64,000 nt of DNA from Acidaminococcaceae bacterium. Lineage in GTDB: Bacteria; Bacillota; Negativicutes; Acidaminococcales; Acidaminococcaceae. Made by a program: the position numbers and the translations under genes. The DNA is taken from assembly GCA_022653215.1 (NCBI GenBank), contig JALCSJ010000001.1, positions 1,021-65,020 of the forward strand, written 5' to 3'. Shown here in pieces: positions 57,148 to 64,000 of the stretch (position 1 is the stretch's first letter; every line of letters starts with the position of its first letter). The notes under the pieces are model-generated. The model made no database searches and had not been told where the DNA came from. It saw only the letters and a program-made list of their open reading frames with translations.

Positions 57148-58875
57148 ATGGCTAGAAGAAAATATGATGCTAAAAGGCGTCGTGCCTTAAACATTGTTTG
57201 GACAGCTTCAGATGATTATAAATACAGTCCGGATTTCTTGTCCTTCCAGGATAATGGAAAACCGGACTTGTATTTAAATGCCATGGTGGGGTTTGTAGAC
57301 AAATGGTACGATGCGGAAAAACTAAATAAATTCTTTGACGAAATGCAGGGTTCTGCCTTGCAGCAGACTTTTGACGATCTTTTATGGCTGGGGTTGGAAG
57401 GAGTGGCTTATGCCAAAGAACTTCCTACTCGTCCGGTACTTGCTTCTTTGCGTAAGGAGCATGCCAGGGCGTATTTTCAGTCCCGTCTCATGGGGCGCAG
57501 GGGCGTAGCTCATGATATGCAGGCGGCCAGATGGCATGAAGTTCTGGGCGAAAAGTCAGAGCTGGCTACACCTTGGGATAAAAAGCTTTATAAAGAACTG
57601 GCCTTCGATCCTAATTGGACTACTGATGAAATTATTACCAAGTATCGCTCCATAATAAAAAGATATTTCGTATCACGGTTTATGGTAAGAGAAAGTTTGG
57701 AAAAAGTAATTATCACCGGACGGTTAGGGAAAATACTGGACTATTTGGTGCCAAGACATTCTTATCGTCAGGAATCCAAGCTGAATCTTCGTTATGGAAA
57801 AAATGAGGCAGAGGCTAAAATCCGTGGCATTAATGAAATTAATTCTCCCATGGATATTATTACCGGCAACACAGCTCAGGAAAATTATGCCTACATTTTA
57901 AAATGTTTTGGTAAACCTTTATATAGTGCTGGCCGGATGCTGGAAGTAGAACGTGAACTATGTACAGGTCCCCATCGTTACAGTCATTTATATTTTACTC
58001 GCGGGGGTATAAGCGGCGGCAAAGGTACTAAGGAAGCAACACTTATGGCTCAGGCTTCCCTGAAGCAAAAACTGAAAAACATTGCTTTCTATAAAGAGCA
58101 CAGTGAACTTTACAGAAAGAGCATCAACAAATTAACGGGACAGATAAAAAACAGCATGCAGTTGTCCAACCAGCCTTTGGCAGTGCCTTCCAAGAGCGGA
58201 ACCTTTGTAGCCGGCAGAGTTTGGCGAGCTTTATATCTCAATGACAACAGAGTATTCTATGCTAAAGAAGAAACAACTTCACCGGATTTTACGGTGGATT
58301 TAATGCTGGATGCATCTGCCTCGCGGGGCGGCTCCCAAAAAGTTATTGCAGCGCAGGCCTATGTCATTAGTGAAAGCCTGAGAATGTGCGGCATACCATC
58401 GCAAATTTATTCTTTCTGTACTTTACGCGGTTACACTGTTTTAAATATTTTTAAGACTTACAAAGAAAATAAACGCTGTGCCAATGTGTTTAATTATTGT
58501 GCAGCAGGCTGGAACAGAGATGGTTTGGCTTTTCGCGGGGCAAGAGAGCTAATGGGCGACGAGTTTGGTGCTAAAAAGATTCTCATTGTATTGACCGATG
58601 CTCAACCCAATGATGACCGGAGTATTGTCAACGAAAGCAATCCTTTTATCCGTCATGACTACAGCAACGAAAGAGCTGTAGCTGATACTGCGGGAGAAGT
58701 TGCTTCTCTGCGCAGGGAAAACATTAGAGTCATAGGACTTATCAACGATGAAATAAAAGGTGGGATGGGCGATGCCAAAGAAATCTACGGACAGGATTTC
58801 GTTCATGTCCGGAATCTGGAAAAAATGGCAGAAAATGTAGGAACCCTTTTAGGTCGCCAAATAGCCTCGTTATAA
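57148..58875 (+). CDS. VWA domain protein (CbbO/NorD/CobT-like partner of the AAA+ ATPase)
   Basis: 575 aa. C-terminal VWA with the MIDAS motif DASAS (D388-S392) and a later LTDAQPND. Confidence 0.8.
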   Translation: MARRKYDAKRRRALNIVWTASDDYKYSPDFLSFQDNGKPDLYLNAMVGFVDKWYDAEKLNKFFDEMQGSALQQTFDDLLWLGLEGVAYAKELPTRPVLASLRKEHARAYFQSRLMGRRGVAHDMQAARWHEVLGEKSELATPWDKKLYKELAFDPNWTTDEIITKYRSIIKRYFVSRFMVRESLEKVIITGRLGKILDYLVPRHSYRQESKLNLRYGKNEAEAKIRGINEINSPMDIITGNTAQENYAYILKCFGKPLYSAGRMLEVERELCTGPHRYSHLYFTRGGISGGKGTKEATLMAQASLKQKLKNIAFYKEHSELYRKSINKLTGQIKNSMQLSNQPLAVPSKSGTFVAGRVWRALYLNDNRVFYAKEETTSPDFTVDLMLDASASRGGSQKVIAAQAYVISESLRMCGIPSQIYSFCTLRGYTVLNIFKTYKENKRCANVFNYCAAGWNRDGLAFRGARELMGDEFGAKKILIVLTDAQPNDDRSIVNESNPFIRHDYSNERAVADTAGEVASLRRENIRVIGLINDEIKGGMGDAKEIYGQDFVHVRNLEKMAENVGTLLGRQIASL

Positions 58876-58879
58876 AAAT

Positions 58880-58908
58880 TTGACTTTTACAGTTACAATT
58901 GATAGAAT
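58880..58908 (+). promoter_or_regulatory. sigma70-type promoter of the valS leader
   Basis: TTGACT - 17 nt - TAGAAT. Confidence 0.6.
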
Positions 58909-58914
58909 TAGCAA

Positions 58915-59146
58915 TGTACATTTAAATAATGAAGCGATGAACGGAAGTAGTATTACTGAAAAATTCTCAGAGAGAATGCGGTTGGTGCAAGCATTTGAAT
59001 CATAGGTAAGAAGTCGTCCGGGAGCTGACAAGGTGAAGATAGTAGTCTTGTCCGTTTGGCACGTTAAGCCAAGAGGTGCTCAAGCAATTGAGAATTTAGG
59101 TGGTACCGCGATTCTACTCGTCCTATTTATTTAGGACGAGTTTTTA
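58915..59146 (+). promoter_or_regulatory. T-box leader (tRNA-Val specifier GUC) with terminator
   Basis: AGAGAGA stem I element. Specifier context GAA-GUC-G at 59023-59025. T-box TTAGGTGGTACCGCG at 59096-59110. Terminator CTCGTCCTA..TAGGACGAG + T5. Confidence 0.88.
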
Positions 59147-59176
59147 TTTTTTATTTATTTTAGGAGGCTGAAAATT

Positions 59177-61828
59177 ATGTCAGAAGAAAACAATATACCA
59201 AAGGTTTATGACCCTGTGGCAGTAGAAAAGAAATGGTATGAATATTGGGAAAAAAATGGTTGCTTTCATGTAGAGGCTGACCCTAGCAAAAAACCCTTCT
59301 GTATTGTTATGCCACCACCTAATATTACAGGCAAACTTCATATGGGCCATGCTTTGGATAATACCCTCCAGGATATTTTAATACGCTGGCATCGTATGAT
59401 GGGTGACAACACTCTCTGGATGCCGGGTTATGACCATGCAGGTCTTGCTACCCAAATTAAAGTTGAAGAAGAAATTAAAAAAAATGAAGGTTTGACTCGT
59501 TATGATTTAGGCCGGGAAGAATTCCTGAAACGTGTTTGGCAGTGGAAAGAACAGTATGGAGAAAGAATTTTTACCCAGCTGAAGAGTCTGGGTGTTTCCT
59601 GTGACTGGGATAGAAAACGTTTTACTTTGGATGAAGGCTGCAGTAAAGCTGTCAGGGAAGTATTTGTTTCCCTATATGAAAAAGGCCTGATTTACAAGGG
59701 CACCAGAATTATTAATTGGTGCGTTCATTGCAATACAGCTTTAAGTGATGTAGAAGTTGAGCATAAAGATGATACAGGACATTTATGGTATATTAAATAT
59801 CCTCTGGCAGGAGAAAAAGATCAATATTTAACTATTGCTACCACCAGACCGGAAACTATTCCCGGTGATACGGCTGTGGCTGTTAATCCTAAAGATGAGC
59901 GCTATGGTAAATTGGTAGGCAAGAAAATTTTGCTGCCGGGTACGGACAGAGAAATTCCTATTATTGCCGATGACTATGTAGACTTGCAGTTTGGTACAGG
60001 TGCCGTAAAGATTACTCCTGCTCACGATCCTAACGACTATGAAATGGGTATACGCCATCATTTGGAGAACATTAACGTTATCGGACTAGATGGCAAAATG
60101 ACCAAGGAATCAGGAAAATATGTTGGCCAGGACAGATACGAATGCAGAAAAAATATTATTGCCGATTTGGATGCAGCAGGTCTCTTAGTAAAGATTGAAG
60201 ACTGCCCTCATGCCGTTGGACATTGCCAACGGTGCGGCAATGTTGTGGAACCTTTGATTTCCACCCAATGGTTCGTAAAAATGGGGCCTTTGGTGAAAGC
60301 TGCCGTTGACTGTGTAGAAAACGGACAGACACAATTTGTACCACCTCGTTTTACTAAAACATATACTAACTGGATGGCTAATATTCATGATTGGTGTATT
60401 TCCCGTCAGATTTGGTGGGGTCATAGAATCCCTGTTTGGTACTGCGATGACTGCGGTGCAGTTGTAGCTTCTCGTACTGATATAGATAAATGCCCAAAGT
60501 GCGGCGGTCATGTTCATCAAGATGAAGATGCTTTGGATACTTGGTTCAGCAGCGCTCTGTGGCCATTTTCTACTTTAGGCTGGCCGGAAAATACGGACCT
60601 GTTAAAACAATTCTATCCTACCAGCGTTCTGGTTACCGGTTACGATATTATTTTCTTCTGGGTAGCAAGAATGTTGGTTATGGGCGAAGAATTTATGAAG
60701 AAAGTGCCTTTTGAAAAAGTATTTATTCATGGCTTGGTTCGTGATGAGCAGGGCAGAAAGATGAGCAAATCTTTAGGCAATGGTATTGACCCCTTGGAAG
60801 TAGTCAATAAATATGGCGCTGATACTTTGCGTTTCATGCTTATTACCGGCAATACTCCCGGTAACGACATGCGTTTTTATTGGAGCAGAATTGAATCTAC
60901 CCGTAATTTTGCCAATAAGATTTGGAATGCTTCCCGTTTTGCTTTAATGAATCTGGATGGTTACGATGCTAAGGCCAAACGTGCTCCTTATACTTTGGCT
61001 GATAAATGGATCCTGTCACGCTTGCAGCATACAACTAAAGACGTTACTGATTTGCTGGGACGTTTTGAATTGGGAGAAGCCGGCAGAGTGATTTACGAAT
61101 TTATCTGGGGTGAAATCTGCGACTGGTACATTGAACTTATTAAACCTAGACTTTACAACAAGGATAATGCTGAAGAAAGAGCTACTGCTCAATATGTGCT
61201 CTGTGAAGTTTTAGGCAGCGCCATGAAACTTTTACATCCTTATATGCCTTTTATCACAGAAGAAATTTGGCAGCATCTGCCTCATGAAGGCAAGAGCATT
61301 ATGCTGGCCCAATGGCCCGAATACAAAGAAAGCTTGGTTAATGCTGATGTAGAAGCAGGTATGACTGCTATTATGGAAACCATTAAGGCTATCCGTAATA
61401 TGAGAGCAGAAGTTAATGCTGCTCCCGGCCACAAGGCTCCTGCCATTCTTCTGGTTAGCGATGCTTTGAAAAATGTTATGGAAGAAAACAAGGGGTATAT
61501 CCAGTTATTGGGTACTGTTGATAATCTTACTATCGACAAGCTTTCTGCTGCTAAACCTAAAAATGCTATGACAGCTGTAGTGAGCGGTGTAGAAGTTTAT
61601 CTGCCGTTAAAAGGACTTATTGATGTAGAGAAAGAAACAGCTCGTTTGCAAAAAGAAATAGATGATATGCACAAAGAAATCAAGAGAAGCGAAGGCAAGC
61701 TGAACAACAAAGGATTCCTGGCCAAAGCTCCTGCTGAAGTTGTGGCAAAAGAGCAGGCTAAAGAAGATGAGTACAAGAAAAAGCTGGTAGCTTTACAGGA
61801 ACGTCAGGCCTATTTGCAGACCTTGTAA
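59177..61828 (+). CDS. valS: valine--tRNA ligase
   Basis: 883 aa with HIGH (PNITGKLHMGH) and KMSKS motifs and a C-terminal coiled coil. Confidence 0.96.
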   Translation: MSEENNIPKVYDPVAVEKKWYEYWEKNGCFHVEADPSKKPFCIVMPPPNITGKLHMGHALDNTLQDILIRWHRMMGDNTLWMPGYDHAGLATQIKVEEEIKKNEGLTRYDLGREEFLKRVWQWKEQYGERIFTQLKSLGVSCDWDRKRFTLDEGCSKAVREVFVSLYEKGLIYKGTRIINWCVHCNTALSDVEVEHKDDTGHLWYIKYPLAGEKDQYLTIATTRPETIPGDTAVAVNPKDERYGKLVGKKILLPGTDREIPIIADDYVDLQFGTGAVKITPAHDPNDYEMGIRHHLENINVIGLDGKMTKESGKYVGQDRYECRKNIIADLDAAGLLVKIEDCPHAVGHCQRCGNVVEPLISTQWFVKMGPLVKAAVDCVENGQTQFVPPRFTKTYTNWMANIHDWCISRQIWWGHRIPVWYCDDCGAVVASRTDIDKCPKCGGHVHQDEDALDTWFSSALWPFSTLGWPENTDLLKQFYPTSVLVTGYDIIFFWVARMLVMGEEFMKKVPFEKVFIHGLVRDEQGRKMSKSLGNGIDPLEVVNKYGADTLRFMLITGNTPGNDMRFYWSRIESTRNFANKIWNASRFALMNLDGYDAKAKRAPYTLADKWILSRLQHTTKDVTDLLGRFELGEAGRVIYEFIWGEICDWYIELIKPRLYNKDNAEERATAQYVLCEVLGSAMKLLHPYMPFITEEIWQHLPHEGKSIMLAQWPEYKESLVNADVEAGMTAIMETIKAIRNMRAEVNAAPGHKAPAILLVSDALKNVMEENKGYIQLLGTVDNLTIDKLSAAKPKNAMTAVVSGVEVYLPLKGLIDVEKETARLQKEIDDMHKEIKRSEGKLNNKGFLAKAPAEVVAKEQAKEDEYKKKLVALQERQAYLQTL

Positions 61829-61847
61829 TAACTGAAGGAGGTGGACT

Positions 61848-63128
61848 ATGGACTACCGGGAAACATTAGAGTATTTAACAACCTTAGGCAAATTTGGCAT
61901 TCATTTGGGTCTGGAGCGTATAGAAGGAATTTTGGCAATTTTGGGCAATCCCCAACAGCAGTTCAAAACCGTCCACATTACAGGAACTAACGGTAAGGGC
62001 AGTGTCAGTGAATTCGTGACCGGCTCTCTTGCAGATATGGGACTAAAGGTGGGGTGTTTTACATCTCCTCATTTTGTTAAATACAACGAAAGAATTGCTA
62101 TTAATGGTCAAGACATTAGTGACGAAGATTTTGCTGCTTTAGCGACTATTGTTGCAGCGGCAGAAAAAGAGTTTAAAGAACAAGGTGGAGAACAGCCTAC
62201 TCAGTTCGAAATACTGACGGCCATGTGTTTTGTTTATTTTGCCAAAGAAAAAGTTGACTATGGTGTTGTAGAAGTTGGTATGGGAGGTCTGTGGGACTCT
62301 ACTAATGTAATTGTGCCACAGGTTTCCGTTATTACCAATGTAGCTATGGATCATATGGCAAGATTAGGAAACACTATCCGGGAAATTGCGGCGCAAAAAG
62401 CCGGAATTATTAAAGAAGGGGTACCGGTAGTAACCGGAGCAACAGGGCAGGCTTTAAAAGTCATTCTTGGCACTGCCTCAGAAAAACATGCACCTATACG
62501 TGTATATGGTAATGATTTCACCGGTGTTTCTTTGGAATCTAATATGGATAAGCAGATTTTTGCTTACCGCTCGCTTTTAGAAAAACGGGAAATCGCTATA
62601 ACTCTAGCCGGAGATCATCAGATAATAAATTGCTCGGTGGCTATTGCCACTTTGGAAGTATTGGCCAAACAGGATAAAAAGGTTAATTTGACTGGCTTAG
62701 AAGCCAGCCTGTTCAAGGTAAAATGGCCGGGGCGCCTGGAAAGAATCAGGCGCAACCCTGATGTGCTTTTGGACGGAGCCCATAATCCAGCCGGTATTAC
62801 GGTCCTAAGAAAAACATTGGACGAGCATTATTATGATGTGCAAAGATGTTTTGTCTTTGGCATGATGAAAGACAAAGACCTTAAAGATGCAACAGAAATT
62901 TTGTTTAGACCAAAGGATATAATTTTTACAGTTCGTGCAGATGACGGACCCAGAGCAGCTTCGGCTGAGTATCTGGCAGAGAACATAGGCAGGGGAGCCA
63001 AAGCTTGTTCTACATTAACCCAGGCCTATCAAAATGCTCTGGAGGCAGCCGGAGACAGCGGTGTTGTCTGTGTCTGCGGTTCTTTATATTTAGTTGGAAC
63101 TTTTAAAGAAACTTTGCAGAAAGGTTAG
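61848..63128 (+). CDS. folC: bifunctional folylpolyglutamate synthase / dihydrofolate synthase
   Basis: Mur-ligase P-loop GTNGKGS and a typical valS-folC linkage. Confidence 0.92.
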   Translation: MDYRETLEYLTTLGKFGIHLGLERIEGILAILGNPQQQFKTVHITGTNGKGSVSEFVTGSLADMGLKVGCFTSPHFVKYNERIAINGQDISDEDFAALATIVAAAEKEFKEQGGEQPTQFEILTAMCFVYFAKEKVDYGVVEVGMGGLWDSTNVIVPQVSVITNVAMDHMARLGNTIREIAAQKAGIIKEGVPVVTGATGQALKVILGTASEKHAPIRVYGNDFTGVSLESNMDKQIFAYRSLLEKREIAITLAGDHQIINCSVAIATLEVLAKQDKKVNLTGLEASLFKVKWPGRLERIRRNPDVLLDGAHNPAGITVLRKTLDEHYYDVQRCFVFGMMKDKDLKDATEILFRPKDIIFTVRADDGPRAASAEYLAENIGRGAKACSTLTQAYQNALEAAGDSGVVCVCGSLYLVGTFKETLQKG

Positions 63129-63131
63129 TTT

Positions 63132-64000
63132 ATGACTATCCAAAAACCTAGTCTGAAAAATTTGCAATTAGAACAAATTGTTTACGGACTTTTAGTTCTC
63201 CTGATTTTTGTTCTGCCCTTTTCAGCCATTGCGGGGGGTGTCGTTTTTGTCCTTTGTTTTTTGGCAGCTATTATTAATGGCATTAAGACCAAAAATTTTC
63301 GACCGGAATGCACCATACCTAAGCAAATAAAATATCCTTTGTGGGCTCTGTTTATTCTCAGCGGTCTTAGTGTTTTTCTTTCTTGGGATATAAAAGCATC
63401 GGCTTTTAATTGGTTGTGGGTGGTAGGACAAGAAGCAGGAGTTTTCTATCTTGTCCTTAAATATGCGGCTAAACGCCATCGGTGTCTTTTACTCATGAAG
63501 GTGTTCCTGCTTTCAGCAGGCATTGTGGCTCTTTATGGAATTTGGCAATATGCTTACGGCAGTATTTTTCTTCAGGATAAAGAATGGGTTGACCAAGATG
63601 CTTTTCCTACTATTACTAAAAGGGCTTTCTCCACTTTGGAGAATCCGAATATTTTAGGTACATTTTTGGTTATGACGATTGCCTATTGCGCCGGAATTTT
63701 TGCTCCTCTAAGAGGAGGAAAAACACGTATAGGATTGATTCTGATTTTTCTTCTGTCAGCAGGCTGTCTGCTTTTGACTTTTTCCCGGGGCAACTGGCTG
63801 GCTGTTTTCTGGGTATTAGTGGTTTTTGCCGCTTTCTTTTATCATAAGGCGATTTTGCCCTTGGTAGGAGGGGGGGCTACCGTTTTGTATTTTGGCTGGA
63901 ATATTTTGTCAAAAAGGATTCTTTCGATTTTTGAGACCCAGGATACTTCAGCGGAATTACGATTCTCCTATATAGAAAGTGCCCTGGCCATGATTAAGGA
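63132..64000 (+). CDS. O-antigen ligase (Wzy_C) family membrane protein, 3' end off the window
   Basis: My own translation: MTIQKPSLKNLQLEQIVYGLLVLLIFVLPFS..., polytopic, with the Wzy_C-like segment LLLTFSRGNWLAVFW. Open to the window end, so it is missing from the ORF track. Confidence 0.7.
   Translation, partial: MTIQKPSLKNLQLEQIVYGLLVLLIFVLPFSAIAGGVVFVLCFLAAIINGIKTKNFRPECTIPKQIKYPLWALFILSGLSVFLSWDIKASAFNWLWVVGQEAGVFYLVLKYAAKRHRCLLLMKVFLLSAGIVALYGIWQYAYGSIFLQDKEWVDQDAFPTITKRAFSTLENPNILGTFLVMTIAYCAGIFAPLRGGKTRIGLILIFLLSAGCLLLTFSRGNWLAVFWVLVVFAAFFYHKAILPLVGGGATVLYFGWNILSKRILSIFETQDTSAELRFSYIESALAMIK

Noticed and set aside
1-64000. tRNA, rRNA, tmRNA or CRISPR arrays anywhere in the window
   Set aside because: None of the intergenic regions longer than 100 nt showed cloverleaf-compatible arms, rRNA-like conserved blocks, or three or more evenly spaced repeats on inspection. 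This is a by-eye judgement; tRNAscan-SE/Infernal would be decisive.

Overview
This 64-kb window looks like a low-GC Firmicutes-type anaerobe. Evidence is two T-box leaders, strong GGAGG ribosome-binding sites, an Rnf complex, fhs-folD, and yycJ-htrA-rlmH synteny. It is almost entirely core housekeeping DNA. In order it carries: (1) a minus-strand rnfCDGEAB-apbE-NusG_II-Gx transporter operon; (2) a radical SAM gene, an NlpC/P60 hydrolase, an EBP-like regulator, trmB and a SEDS/class-B PBP pair; (3) fhs and a divergent folD; (4) small genes for a thioesterase, a lipoprotein, larE, DUF190, CYTH and a membrane-anchored unknown; (5) clpB; (6) a DAACS transporter with M19 and M20 peptidases; (7) a T-box-controlled trpEGDCFBA operon; (8) gltB with a terminator-containing leader; (9) an LCP protein; (10) one clear accessory segment, a 4.46-kb integrase/excisionase element flanked by a perfect 38-bp direct repeat at 42127-46623; (11) a MATE transporter, tex, fur, deoC, yycJ-like MBL, htrA and rlmH; (12) a PHP / DUF362 Fe-S / MoxR-type AAA / VWA cluster; (13) T-box-controlled valS, folC and a partial O-antigen-ligase-like gene. 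I saw no rRNA, tRNA or CRISPR array. The most interesting locus is the tiny integrative element, whose att core is itself a promoter sitting on a candidate ~50-nt transcript. Secondary observations are: an EBP-like regulator without a GAFTGA loop or arginine fingers; a FolD lacking both cyclohydrolase-critical residues; a recurring conserved terminator hairpin family; and two leader regions with unexplained terminators. All function calls rest on motif recognition and by-eye alignment. No database search was run.
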